Positions 50,990-60,656 of a stretch of DNA of 64,000 nt are shown here, piece after piece; positions within the stretch are counted from its first letter, which is position 1, and each line of letters begins with the position of its first letter. A model generated the notes under the pieces. The model saw only the letters and a list, made by a program, of their open reading frames with translations, was not told where the DNA came from and searched no databases. The stretch lies in assembly GCA_965215605.1 (NCBI GenBank), contig OZ244070.1, positions 800,001 to 864,000 on the forward strand, given 5' to 3'. Origin of the DNA: an uncultured Candidatus Binatia bacterium (lineage in GTDB: Bacteria; Desulfobacterota; Binatia; UBA9968; JAJDTQ01). The position numbers and the translations under genes were made by a program.

Positions 50990-53884
50990 ATGCTCTCGAT
51001 CGGCGCCTCGCCCGCCCAGGGCTCGGCCTACTACGAGGAAGACGGCTACTACGCGAAGGACGACCCCAGGCACAAGTCCGCGAGCGCCTGGGCGGGCAAG
51101 GGAGCGGCGGAGCTGGGGCTCGAAGGCCCGGTCGACGCGGGCGTCTTCGGGGCCGTTCTGGAGGGCGTGGTGCCGGACGGCTCGGGCCGGCGCCTCGGCC
51201 GCAGGGGCAAGGACGGGGAGATCGTCCACCGTCCCGGGCGGGACCTCACCTTCTCCGCACCCAAGTCGGTCTCCATTGCCGCGCTCATCGGCGGCGACGA
51301 GCGAGTCGTCGATGCCCACGACCGCGCGGTGAAGGCCACGCTCGCCTGGGTCGAGGGGAACGCCGCGGAGACCCGCTTGTGGGACCCGAATACGGGGAGG
51401 ATGGCGCGGGCGCGCGGCCAGGAGATCGTCGCCGCCACGTTCCGCCACGACACCTCCCGGAACCTCGACCCGCAGCTCCACACCCACGCCGTCCTGGCCA
51501 ACATGGTCCGGGGCGGAGACGGCAAGTGGCGCGCCATGGCCAACGAGGGCCTCTACGAGCGGCAGAAGCTCATCGGGATGCTCTACCGCAGCGAGCTGGC
51601 GCGGAACCTTGGGGAGTTGGGCTACGGCATCGAGAAGACCCACGCGGACGGGCGCTTCGAGATCGCCGGCGTCCCGCGCGGGGTGATCGAGGCCTTCTCG
51701 ACCCGCAGGGCCGAGATCGAGGCCGCGATGGAGGAGCGCGGCCTCGGCGCCACCGCGGAGAACCCACGCATTGCCGAGCGCGCGGCGCTCATGACCCGCG
51801 CCGCCAAGCGCGACGTCGACCGGGACGCGCTCCGGGAAGTATGGGAGAGGCAGGCGACGGACCTGGGGCTCGACGCCAGGGCGCTCTCTCAAGAGGCGGC
51901 GTCGAGGGCCGCAGCGGCCCCGATGCACGCGGCGCCGGAAAGGGGCGCGGCGGCCGCGGAGGCAGTTGCCTGGGCGATGGAGCACCTTTCGGAGCGCGAG
52001 GCCGTGTTCGCCCGCGCCGATCTCTTCGCCGCCGCGCTCGCGGAGGCGCCAGGCAGGGTCACCATCGCCGAGGCCGAGCGGGAGGCGGCGGGCCTGGAAA
52101 AGGCGGGCGTTTTGCATCCGGTGAGCCTGCCGTCCGCGAAGGACGCGCTCGCCACGGACCGGACCGTGGCCGAGGAGCGCGAGACCATCGCGCTGATGCG
52201 CTCCGGCGAGGGCCAGGGCCGCCCCCCGATGCGGGGCTGGGCCGTGCAGGGCCACCTTCACCGGGGGCGGCTCACGGCCGGACAGAAGGATGCGGTGAAG
52301 CTCATCCTGTCCGCTACAGACCGCGTGGTCGGCGTGCAGGGCTATGCCGGCACGGGCAAGACCACGATGCTCGACCGGGTGCGGACCCTCGCGGAGAGGA
52401 AGGGATGGAACGTTGCAGGCCTGGCGCCGTCCGCATCCGCGGTCAAGACGCTCGCGTCCGAGGCCGGCATCGAGTCCGAAACCCTGCAGCGGTTCCTGGC
52501 CCGGAACGCCGGGGTCGCCGAGGGCAGGCTCACGGAAAAGGGCGAGAAGGCGATGCGGGCGGCGTTCGACAGGACCATCCTGGTGGTCGACGAGGGCTCG
52601 CTCGCCTCGACCGTTCAGGCCCGGGACCTTCTGCGCATCGCCAACGCGTTCCGCATCCCGCGCGTGGTGCTGGTGGGCGACGCGAAGCAGCTCGACGCGG
52701 TCGATGCCGGGAAACCCTTCGCCCAACTCCAGGCCGCGGGCATGAAGACCGCGGTCATGGACGAGATCATGCGGCAGCGCGACCCGGAGCTCAGGGAAGC
52801 GGTGGAGGCGAGCCTCAAAGGGGAGATCGCACGCGCCTTCGAGAAACTGGGCTCCAACGTCGCCGAGGTGAAGCCGGACAACATCGCGGGCGCGGTCGCG
52901 GCCCGCTGGCTCGCGCTCCCGCCCGAGGCGCGCGGGAACACCGGCGTCATGGCGCCGAGCCACAAGCTCCGCCAAGCGATCAACGGCCACATCCGCGAGC
53001 GTCTGGTCCGGGAGGGGCGAATCCGGGGCCCGGCGATTGTTTCCGGGCGGCTCGTGTCGAAGGGCTACACCAACGCCGAAAAGGCCGTCGCCGGCAACTA
53101 CTCGGTTGGAGACGTGGTCGCGTTCCATCGTCCGTACAAACGCCTCGGCGTCGGGAAGGGCGACGAGCGCGTCGTCGTGGGCGTCGACCACGAGGCCCGC
53201 TCGGTGACGCTCGAAGGCGGGGAAGGCGGGACCGTGGCCTGGAAGCCCGCGGAAGTGGGCGGCCGCAAGGGCGGGACCGAGGTCTACAGGACCGAGGGGA
53301 TCGAGCTTCGTGCGGGAGACCGCATCCGCTGGACCCGCAACGATGCGGGGCTCGGGCTCGTCAACAGCCGCACCGCGGAGGTTTTCGAGGTGGGGAACGG
53401 GCGGGTGACGTTCCGTCTCGAGGAGGGGCGGAACCTGGAGCTCGGGCGAAACGCTCCGCAGCTTCGCCATCTCGACCATGCCTGGGCCTCGACCGTTCAC
53501 GCGTTCCAGGGCCGGACGGTGGACAACGTGATCGCCGCCATGGAGGCGCGGCACCCGCACCTGACGACGCAGAAGTCGTTCTACGTCGAGATCAGCCGGG
53601 CACGGGACCGCGCCGAGCTGGTCACCGACGACGCGGAGAAACTTTGCGCCCAACTCCAGGCCGTGACCGGGGAGCGCATCGCCGCGCTGGAGGGCGTCGG
53701 CGAGACGGTAGCGGCCGAAAGGGACAGGGCTGTCGATGCCGTGAGGCCGGACGGAAGATCGCCGGATCAGGGCCCCAAGGCGCCCGCCGCGAAGGAGGCC
53801 GATGGCCGCGCATCGCAGGAGAAGGCTCCAGAGCCGCCCGCGCCGGAACGGAGCCGGGAGTCCGGGATGGACCTGGGGTTGTGA
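50990..53884 (+). CDS. traI: MOBF relaxase-helicase (TrwC/TraI-like)
   Basis: YY..DGYY, DLTFSAPKSVS, HDTSRNLDPQLHTH and FSTRR motifs; helicase GYAGTGKT, VDEGS and QGRTVD. Confidence 0.95.
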   Translation: MLSIGASPAQGSAYYEEDGYYAKDDPRHKSASAWAGKGAAELGLEGPVDAGVFGAVLEGVVPDGSGRRLGRRGKDGEIVHRPGRDLTFSAPKSVSIAALIGGDERVVDAHDRAVKATLAWVEGNAAETRLWDPNTGRMARARGQEIVAATFRHDTSRNLDPQLHTHAVLANMVRGGDGKWRAMANEGLYERQKLIGMLYRSELARNLGELGYGIEKTHADGRFEIAGVPRGVIEAFSTRRAEIEAAMEERGLGATAENPRIAERAALMTRAAKRDVDRDALREVWERQATDLGLDARALSQEAASRAAAAPMHAAPERGAAAAEAVAWAMEHLSEREAVFARADLFAAALAEAPGRVTIAEAEREAAGLEKAGVLHPVSLPSAKDALATDRTVAEERETIALMRSGEGQGRPPMRGWAVQGHLHRGRLTAGQKDAVKLILSATDRVVGVQGYAGTGKTTMLDRVRTLAERKGWNVAGLAPSASAVKTLASEAGIESETLQRFLARNAGVAEGRLTEKGEKAMRAAFDRTILVVDEGSLASTVQARDLLRIANAFRIPRVVLVGDAKQLDAVDAGKPFAQLQAAGMKTAVMDEIMRQRDPELREAVEASLKGEIARAFEKLGSNVAEVKPDNIAGAVAARWLALPPEARGNTGVMAPSHKLRQAINGHIRERLVREGRIRGPAIVSGRLVSKGYTNAEKAVAGNYSVGDVVAFHRPYKRLGVGKGDERVVVGVDHEARSVTLEGGEGGTVAWKPAEVGGRKGGTEVYRTEGIELRAGDRIRWTRNDAGLGLVNSRTAEVFEVGNGRVTFRLEEGRNLELGRNAPQLRHLDHAWASTVHAFQGRTVDNVIAAMEARHPHLTTQKSFYVEISRARDRAELVTDDAEKLCAQLQAVTGERIAALEGVGETVAAERDRAVDAVRPDGRSPDQGPKAPAAKEADGRASQEKAPEPPAPERSRESGMDLGL

Positions 53885-54134
53885 CGGTACGGAAGCCGGT
53901 GAGAAAGAGGCGGGTGCGGACCGCTGGCTGCGCGGGATGGTTGCGAGAGGGCGCGGGGACATGTGCGGCGGCGGGAGACAGTGCCGCTCTTCGGTCTGGC
54001 TGACGGGCAGCGTCGAGCCCCGGGAAATACGCGGAGTTTGAAGTTGTCCCTGTATCATGGTTGTTAGCCATCTATACAGAGTTTCGATGAAACATCACCT
54101 TGAGTTGTTTCGAGACTGTGCTATTTTGATGGTT

Positions 54135-54971
54135 ATGCGCCATCAAAGAACGCCACGTCTGAAACCACTCCTGGATGCGGTCCCCCCCGGCTTCATGGTG
54201 GATACGCGGTGGCTCAGGGCCCAGGGCATCGACCCCAAGTCCATCCACGACTATGTCGCCCGCGGATGGCTTGAGCGGGTTGTCCGCGGGGTCTACCGCC
54301 GTCCGCTGCCGGAAGGCGCACGGGGCGCCTACGGAGAATCCTGGGAAGTCCCCCTTCTGTCCTTGCAACGGCTCCTGAAGTACGCCGTGCATCTGGGCGG
54401 GGAGAGCGCCCTCGACGTGCTCGGCTACACGCACTACCTGAGCCTCGGAGGAAAGCCGCGCGTCTGGTTCTACGGCGAGGCGCCGTCCTGGATCAAGCGG
54501 CTGCCGATCGGGACGCAGATCGTGATGCGCCGGCGCACGCTCTTCGGCGACGACCCGCTGGGCATCGAGGATGCCGGTTCCGCGGCGGGCGGACCGGCGG
54601 TCGGCGTGTGGCGCTGGCCCCTCAAGGCGTCGTCTCCGGAGCGGGCCATCCTGGAGGCCCTTGACGAGCTGCCGCGGCGCGCGGGCTTCGAGAACCTGGA
54701 CAAGGTATTCGAGGGGCTGGCGTCGCTCCGGCCCGGGCGGCTCATGGCGCTCTTGACGGCTTGCCGCAGCGTAAAGGTGCGCCGGCTGTTCTTCGTCTTC
54801 GCGGACAGGCACGGGCACGAATGGCGCAAGCACCTGGACGCATCGAGCATCGACTTCGGGTCGGGGCCGCGGGCCCTGGTGGAGGGCGGCAGGCTTCATC
54901 CGGCCTACCGCATCTACGTGCCCCGGGCACTGGCGCCCGGGAAACCTGCGGCGGCGGACGGCGATGCTTGA
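54135..54971 (+). CDS. abiEi: Type IV TA antitoxin, AbiEi family
   Basis: wHTH GWLERVVRGVY, HLGGESAL, SSPERAILEAL and L..C.SVKVRRLF motifs; coupled to the nucleotidyltransferase gene. Confidence 0.88.
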   Translation: MRHQRTPRLKPLLDAVPPGFMVDTRWLRAQGIDPKSIHDYVARGWLERVVRGVYRRPLPEGARGAYGESWEVPLLSLQRLLKYAVHLGGESALDVLGYTHYLSLGGKPRVWFYGEAPSWIKRLPIGTQIVMRRRTLFGDDPLGIEDAGSAAGGPAVGVWRWPLKASSPERAILEALDELPRRAGFENLDKVFEGLASLRPGRLMALLTACRSVKVRRLFFVFADRHGHEWRKHLDASSIDFGSGPRALVEGGRLHPAYRIYVPRALAPGKPAAADGDA

Positions 54972-55878
54972 GCGGTACATGGCGCAGGTCCGCCTGCTGC
55001 TGAGGGCGCTGCCGGACGTTGCGGGGGAGGCCGTGTTCGCGCTCAAGGGCGGCACCGCCATCAACCTTTTCTACCGGGACATGCCGAGGCTGTCCGTAGA
55101 CGTCGACCTGACCTACCTGCCGGTCGCGGACCGCCGGTCGTCGCTTGAAGCAATCGACAGTGCGCTCGACCGCATCGCGGCGGCGGTCACCGCCCGCAAT
55201 CTGCGGCTCAGGGCGCGCCGCATCGCGGGCGGCGGGGACGGCGGCACGCGCATCATGGTGAGCGACGGCCGGGTGCGGATCAAGATCGAGACTTCCCCGG
55301 TGATGCGGGGAGCGGTGCATCCGGCAAGGCCGATGGCCGTGTGCGAGAGAGTCACGGAGCAATTCGGATTCGCCGAAGCGAACGTGCTGGCCTTCGAGGA
55401 CCTGTACGGCGGGAAGATCCATGCGGCGCTCGACCGCCAGCATCCGCGCGACCTCTTCGACGTGAGGCTCCTGTACGACAACGAAGGCCTGACGGACGGC
55501 CTCTTCCGCACGTTCATGGTCTATGTGGCGAGCTCGAACCGTCCGATGCATGAGATCCTGGCGCCGGCGGCGCTTCCCGGAGAGGATCTGTACTACGAAG
55601 AGTTCGCCGGGATGACGCGCGAGGCGGTATCCAGGGATGAGCTGGCCGACGCGCGCGGCCGTCTGCACGCCGACATCGGATCGCGGTTGAAGGGCGACAT
55701 CGCGGCGTTCCTGCTCTCCCTCCACGATGCGGAGCCCGACTTCGGCCTGATCGGCTTGCCCGAGGCCGTGAACCTGCCGGCCGTTCGCTGGAAGCTGGTG
55801 AACCTGGAGAAGCTCAAGCGGGAAAATCCGCACAAGCACGCGGTGGAGCGCGAAGCGCTCGAAAGCCTCTTCCGGTGA
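54964..55878 (+). CDS. abiEii: Type IV TA toxin, AbiEii/AbiGii nucleotidyltransferase
   Basis: FALKGGTAINLF..RLSVDVDL and GK..AALDRQHPRDLFD motifs. Confidence 0.92.
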   Translation: MLERYMAQVRLLLRALPDVAGEAVFALKGGTAINLFYRDMPRLSVDVDLTYLPVADRRSSLEAIDSALDRIAAAVTARNLRLRARRIAGGGDGGTRIMVSDGRVRIKIETSPVMRGAVHPARPMAVCERVTEQFGFAEANVLAFEDLYGGKIHAALDRQHPRDLFDVRLLYDNEGLTDGLFRTFMVYVASSNRPMHEILAPAALPGEDLYYEEFAGMTREAVSRDELADARGRLHADIGSRLKGDIAAFLLSLHDAEPDFGLIGLPEAVNLPAVRWKLVNLEKLKRENPHKHAVEREALESLFR

Positions 55879-55930
55879 GGGCGAATCCCTGCCCGATAGG
55901 GGATGGTAATGGGGGTTCGGGCGTTCGACC

Positions 55931-56019
55931 TGGCAACAGGGTGTGTGGAAACCCTGTACATGGGGTTGGGATGGACATGAGATGACCCGGTTCATCCCCG
56001 GTCCAGCGGAATGCGCAGT
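55931..56019. repeat. Structured ~90-bp repeat, copy 1
   Basis: About 80% identical by hand alignment to 56610-56699; ACAGGGT..ACCCTGT hairpin and GGATG..CATCC stem. Confidence 0.8.
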
Positions 56020-56063
56020 TCTGTGCAGCGGTCTCTCTGCCCGTCCGGACGCCTTGCGCGCCG

Positions 56064-56300
56064 TTACTTTCCAAACCTTCCGAAGGTCCCGCGGTCTACC
56101 CGGCGTTGGATTGCCTTGCGAAGATCACGCAACCTGTACTCCCGCAGCTCGCCATGCTCGGCGTACGGGAAGAAGGTCCAGGGCCTGCGGCGCATGGGCA
56201 AGGCGCTCCGCATGACGGTTCCTATTCGGCTCTCGCCCACGTACACCCCGTAGGCCGGGACCGGACCGCGGACCTTGCCGCGCCTAAACCGGATCTTCAT
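56064..56300 (-). CDS. Small basic hypothetical protein (78 aa)
   Basis: GGGAGG RBS before ATG 56300; overlaps the upstream small ORF. Confidence 0.55.
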   Translation of the reverse strand: MKIRFRRGKVRGPVPAYGVYVGESRIGTVMRSALPMRRRPWTFFPYAEHGELREYRLRDLRKAIQRRVDRGTFGRFGK

Positions 56301-56586
56301 GGCGGCTTCCTCCCTGCGGCTTCGCAAGCTCCTGGCGGTGTCGCCGCATCAGGGCATCCATCGCATTGAGCACGGTCGGCTCGTTGATTCTTCCGGCGGG
56401 CCTCCTTCCCGCCCGCTGCCGCCGGATTTCTTCCCACAACTCGTCCGGGTCGAACCCGGCCAACAGCGTCGCGATCATCCATATGTCCCGGGCGGGCCTG
56501 GACATGAAGGTGTCGGCCCGCAAACGGTGGAACTCCTGGCTCCGCACGTCGACCGAGCCGTCAGGATTGCGCGGAAGTTCGGTCAT
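56284..56586 (-). CDS. Hypothetical protein (100 aa)
   Basis: AAGGGAG RBS before ATG 56586, directly downstream of repeat copy 2. Confidence 0.55.
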   Translation of the reverse strand: MTELPRNPDGSVDVRSQEFHRLRADTFMSRPARDIWMIATLLAGFDPDELWEEIRRQRAGRRPAGRINEPTVLNAMDALMRRHRQELAKPQGGSRHEDPV

Positions 56587-56609
56587 GTCGCGTCCAGCTC
56601 CCTTCAGGT

Positions 56610-56699
56610 TGGCCACAGGGTCTGTGGAAAACCCTGTGCATATCGCCGGGATGTGCATGAAATGGCCCTGTTCATCCGGGGTCCAGCGGAATGCACAGC
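56610..56699. repeat. Structured ~90-bp repeat, copy 2
   Basis: Direct repeat of 55931-56019; CACAGGGT..ACCCTGTG hairpin. Confidence 0.8.
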
Positions 56700-56865
56700 T
56701 TCCCGGCAGCGATCCCGCCATGAAAATCAGCCCTTTACGAAGACGGGGCTCGGAAGGCCCGGGGCATCCGGCGATCGGCCCATCCGGCGCGGTCCGGACC
56801 GGGCGGCCGCTCAAGGGGGCGGGGTCAATGCGTTTCCGCCTGGGGCTCGCGGTTGCAGCCGGCGT

Positions 56866-58212
56866 TCAGGGGGAGATGTCGATGCGCTCGCCCCAAGGCT
56901 CGCGGTTCCACTCTGACGGGACCGGGCCCCAATTGATCCAGGCGACGGGGAACCCGGGCTCTGCCTCCGGGTAGGTCGAGCAGTCCATGTCCGTGAAGTA
57001 GAGGCACACGCCCGGCTGTATCCCCTGCTCGTCGAGCCACTCGAAGCCCGGGCGGAAGTCGGTGCCGCCCCGGCCCGTGAGGGCGATCTCGTCGGGGAGT
57101 TCGTCGGGCGAGTACTCGGCCGCGTCGTGCAATGCGGTGTCGACCTGCAGCACGATGACCCTCCCGGGGCGGATCTCGGCCGCGACCTCGCGCAGTTCCG
57201 TCCAGAACCCGGCGAGGGTCTGGGCCGGGACAGAGCCCGAGGTGTCGATGATGACGACGATCGTGTCGATGCCTTCGGAGCGGATCGACGGCAGGTAGAT
57301 GCCTGAGTCGATGAAGCGCCGGTTGGGAACGCTCCAGCTATAGTCACACTTGGCGGCATCGGTCATGTAGCGGCGCAGGAGCGTGCGCCAGTCAAGCGTG
57401 CCCGCATGGGCGTTGCGGACCGTCTCGGCGACGAGGCCAGGCGTCTTGCCCTCGGCCCTGGCGATGTTCAGGGCCTGGTGCATGGCCTCGTCCCACGCCT
57501 GCTCCTCGGCGACGGCGTCCACGGGCGCCTCGCCGGGATCGGAGTCGTCGTCCGCGCCTGCGCCGGCGTCCATGACCTCGCCGGTGCCGGAAGGATCGTG
57601 GCTCGGCGGCGCATCGGATGCGCCGTCCCCGTCCTGGCTGTCCGCTTCGTCACCGCCGTTCTCGTCGTCCTCGCCCTGATCGTCGCCGTCTCCGGCGGGA
57701 TCGGAAGGATCGCTGGATGCATCGCTGTCGCCTCCGGGAGGCGGCTGGCCGTCCGCGTCCGCGCGTTGTGGCGCGGTTCCGTCGTCGCTGTCGCCCTCGT
57801 CCCGGGGCTCCGGCAGGCGGTCGTATGCCTGCTCGACGCTCAGGTCCTCCCAAGCTTCGGCGTCGGGCGGGAGGGTAAAGCCGGCATCGCGCAACAATGC
57901 GTGGGTGACGAGCTGCGAGGCCGTCTGCCAGCGTTCCGGATCCCGTTCTCCCCGGCGGGTGTGGTGCTTGAGTACGCACGCCATCACCACCCGCGCCATC
58001 GCAGTCTCGATGAGGTGGGCATCGGTCTCCGCCACCCAGCCTGGCGAATAGCGGATCTCCTGTCCGTCGGTGGCGAGCGTCTTGCGCGTGGGGTCGGCGC
58101 GAAGCGGGAGCCTCAGCACGAGGCTCCCGAAGAAAGGCTGCTTACGCAGGAGTTCGGTGACGCAGTCGCTCACGCGGAGCGCGGACTCAAGGAACACGCC
58201 GGGAGCCATCAC
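56866..58212 (-). CDS. DUF2201-like metallopeptidase-fold plus VWA domain protein
   Basis: PFFGSL..TLATDG N-terminus, acidic linker, DWR..LRR, PNRRF..YLPS, MIDAS DTSGS, GRGGTDF and YFTD motifs. Confidence 0.88.
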   Translation of the reverse strand: MMAPGVFLESALRVSDCVTELLRKQPFFGSLVLRLPLRADPTRKTLATDGQEIRYSPGWVAETDAHLIETAMARVVMACVLKHHTRRGERDPERWQTASQLVTHALLRDAGFTLPPDAEAWEDLSVEQAYDRLPEPRDEGDSDDGTAPQRADADGQPPPGGDSDASSDPSDPAGDGDDQGEDDENGGDEADSQDGDGASDAPPSHDPSGTGEVMDAGAGADDDSDPGEAPVDAVAEEQAWDEAMHQALNIARAEGKTPGLVAETVRNAHAGTLDWRTLLRRYMTDAAKCDYSWSVPNRRFIDSGIYLPSIRSEGIDTIVVIIDTSGSVPAQTLAGFWTELREVAAEIRPGRVIVLQVDTALHDAAEYSPDELPDEIALTGRGGTDFRPGFEWLDEQGIQPGVCLYFTDMDCSTYPEAEPGFPVAWINWGPVPSEWNREPWGERIDISP

Positions 58213-59105
58213 GCCACCTCCCGGACCGGCTCGGCCGGGGAGAAGTAGCCCGCGAACTGTTCCATCAAGGCGTCGGCGTCGCGCTTCACCCGGGCCCGGG
58301 CCTCGGGATCGAAGCTCTTCGAGGGACGGAGCGAATCCGGCCCGACGCAGGCGATCTTCTCCTTCACGTCCTCGCAGAGGCGCGCGAGCCTCTGGTCGCC
58401 GAAGATGTTGAGCCGGGGAACCACGTCCACCAGGTCCCGGATGTTCGAGATCATGGTGTCGCGGAACACCAGGGGCTTGCCGTTCTCGTCCTCGTTGAGA
58501 CGCTCCGAGACCCGCTCCACCGCTTCCGCGAGACGCCGGTAGAGGTCGCCCACGGCGTCGTGGAGCTGCTCCTCGACGTGGCGCTCGATGTCGCGCTTCA
58601 CCCGCTCGGTATCGTCGGAGGCGAGCTTGGCGATGAAGTGGTCGGCGTCCGGGACCGGCGTGATGCGGTAGCTGATGGAGAACCTGTCCTGAAGCGTCTC
58701 CTTCGAGGGGTACTCCTCGATGCGGAAGAGCTTGCCCAGGTCGAGCCGGGCCTGGGCGACGTAGTGATCGTAGTCCTCGATGAAGCGGACGCGCTGGCGC
58801 ACCACGCGCTCGCGGAGCCCGTCCATGAGCCCGGTGTAGCGCTCGTAGTTGGCGACGGTGAGAAGCCGCGAGCCCTTGTCGTCCCAGGGGAGCGAATTGG
58901 CGTAGTGCCGGGCGCGCGCCTCGCTCATGGTCGAGGTGAGCGCGGCGAAGGCGGCCTTGGGCAGTAGCCGCTTGTTGTAGCGCCCTGCGCTCGCGCTGGC
59001 GTCGTGGTGGACGGCGACGTGGTCGCTCGCCTCGCGGTCGTAGAGCCGGCCGGACCAGGCGGTGATGCGCAGCCCGACCAGCATGGCGTCGCGGTTAAGG
59101 TCCAT
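58209..59105 (-). CDS. DUF3150-like phage/ICE protein
   Basis: L.I..WSGR..D...K.LLP...LPW...R.L..YPS motifs; AAGGAGG RBS; typical neighbour of MoxR/VWA pairs in mobile elements. Confidence 0.6.
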   Translation of the reverse strand: MDLNRDAMLVGLRITAWSGRLYDREASDHVAVHHDASASAGRYNKRLLPKAAFAALTSTMSEARARHYANSLPWDDKGSRLLTVANYERYTGLMDGLRERVVRQRVRFIEDYDHYVAQARLDLGKLFRIEEYPSKETLQDRFSISYRITPVPDADHFIAKLASDDTERVKRDIERHVEEQLHDAVGDLYRRLAEAVERVSERLNEDENGKPLVFRDTMISNIRDLVDVVPRLNIFGDQRLARLCEDVKEKIACVGPDSLRPSKSFDPEARARVKRDADALMEQFAGYFSPAEPVREVA

Positions 59106-59402
59106 GGATTCCTCCTTCGGGGTTACCTGAGGGTCCACACGGGGACGTTCAGGGCGGCGGCCAGCTTGCGTTTGGCGGCCTCGAGGGTGCGCGCCCGCAC
59201 GACGTAGTCGACCGAGGGAGCGTCGCCGGCGGGGTAGTTAATGTTGCGTGCAACATTAACTACCGAATGTTGCGTACCGGACTATGTTGCGGTGTCCGTG
59301 GATCTTGCTGTTTTGCCGCGCAGATGACCCCGCACACCGCAACATAATTTCTGAGTCTGATGCTACTCATGATCGCTATCCCCAACGAAAGGAGACGCGA
59401 TC

Positions 59403-60656
59403 ATGTTCGAACGTCTATTCACATGTATGGCAGCGATTGAAAGGCACCAGGCGGCGCCCCTAGTCGAGGAGCGGACACGGTACCTCGAGCACTTCGAGAA
59501 ACTGGGTGTCCAACGTCATAACTTGCGCAAACAGGCGGCCAACCTCCTGCGGCTGATACGGCTTCTTGAACTGGTCGAGGGCAGACCGGTAAGCGTTGCC
59601 GAGGTCCAAGCGGCGGCCAATGAGTGGTGGCAACCGGGGATGCCGGGATACCTCAAGCGTGGGACGGTCCACACCCGATCAAAGTTCGTTGCGGATTCCC
59701 TGCGTTGGCTGCGCTTCCTGGGCTGGCTCGAGGAACGCGAGAAGCTGCCGCGCCACCCACACACCGCGGAGGTTGCCGCCTTCGCGGCGTGGGCGCGCCG
59801 GGAGCGCGGATATGCGGAAGAGACCGTGGAGGGCTGCTGCCAGGTAACCGACCGGTTCTTCGCCTTCCTGGCCGAGGGCAAGACGGCGCTCCGTTCGGTG
59901 ACCATCGTGGACGTCGACCGGGCGATTGCGGCGATGTCCGCGCGCGGGGACCTCAGCCGAAGAACCATAGAGAGCTTCGCCACGCGTCTGAAAGTGTTCT
60001 TCCGATTTGCCGAAGACCGCCGCTGGTGCAGGCCCGGCATCGCGACCGCGATCATCGTTCCACGGATCTATGTAAACGAAAATCTGCCGGCCAGGCTCAA
60101 GCGCGAAGACGTGGTGCGCCTGCTGGCGACCACCGAGGGCGACCGTCGCGTCGACAAGCGGGACCGCGCCATCCTATTGCTGCTCGCGGTCTACGGCCTG
60201 CGCAGCGGCGAGTTGCGCGGGTTGCAGCTCGATGACATCGACTGGGAGCGGGAGACGTTGCGTGTACGGCGCCCCAAGCCGGGACGAACGCACGTCTACC
60301 CCCTGTCGCAGGGCGTGGGACAGGCCATCCTCCGGTATCTCCGGGATGTCCGTCCCGTGCGGTCCGACCGCACGCTGTTCCTTACCGTCCCGCCGCCGTG
60401 GCAGCCGCTCAGCAAGCGGACGTTGGGCGATATCGTCTGTGGCCGCCTTCGCGTCCTCGGCATCGTCACGGGGCGCCGGGGACCTCACGCCCTACGGCAT
60501 GCCGCCGCCCAGCACCTTCTCGACGAGGGCATGACGATGAAGGTGATCGGCGACTTCCTCGGGCACCGTAGCGTGTCCTCGACCACGGTGTACGCCAAGG
60601 TCAATCTCAACGCGCTACGCGAAGTAGCGACCTTCGACCTGGAGGGACTGGCATGA
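59403..60656 (+). CDS. Tyrosine recombinase RitA
   Basis: YGLRSGE, HALRH and LGH...TTVY motifs; long N-terminus typical of the first RIT gene. Confidence 0.9.
   Translation: MFERLFTCMAAIERHQAAPLVEERTRYLEHFEKLGVQRHNLRKQAANLLRLIRLLELVEGRPVSVAEVQAAANEWWQPGMPGYLKRGTVHTRSKFVADSLRWLRFLGWLEEREKLPRHPHTAEVAAFAAWARRERGYAEETVEGCCQVTDRFFAFLAEGKTALRSVTIVDVDRAIAAMSARGDLSRRTIESFATRLKVFFRFAEDRRWCRPGIATAIIVPRIYVNENLPARLKREDVVRLLATTEGDRRVDKRDRAILLLLAVYGLRSGELRGLQLDDIDWERETLRVRRPKPGRTHVYPLSQGVGQAILRYLRDVRPVRSDRTLFLTVPPPWQPLSKRTLGDIVCGRLRVLGIVTGRRGPHALRHAAAQHLLDEGMTMKVIGDFLGHRSVSSTTVYAKVNLNALREVATFDLEGLA

Noticed and set aside
46099-54058. Very long ORFs 46099..50652(-), 46272..50867(+) and 50693..54058(-)
   Set aside because: Shadow frames of traG, traD and traI in high-GC DNA; Arg/Gly/Pro-rich with no motifs. 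The same applies to most overlapping ORFs in the track.
55936-55950. GGGTGTGTGG as an F-like nic site / oriT
   Set aside because: The match is short and differs in repeat copy 2; an oriT cannot be supported from sequence alone.
55814-56814. Similar peptides CAFRWT.DE.GH.M.IP..CTGF in two minus-strand ORFs as a protein repeat
   Set aside because: A by-product of the DNA repeat; a 1-nt indel breaks the shared frame and better RBS-linked starts lie downstream.
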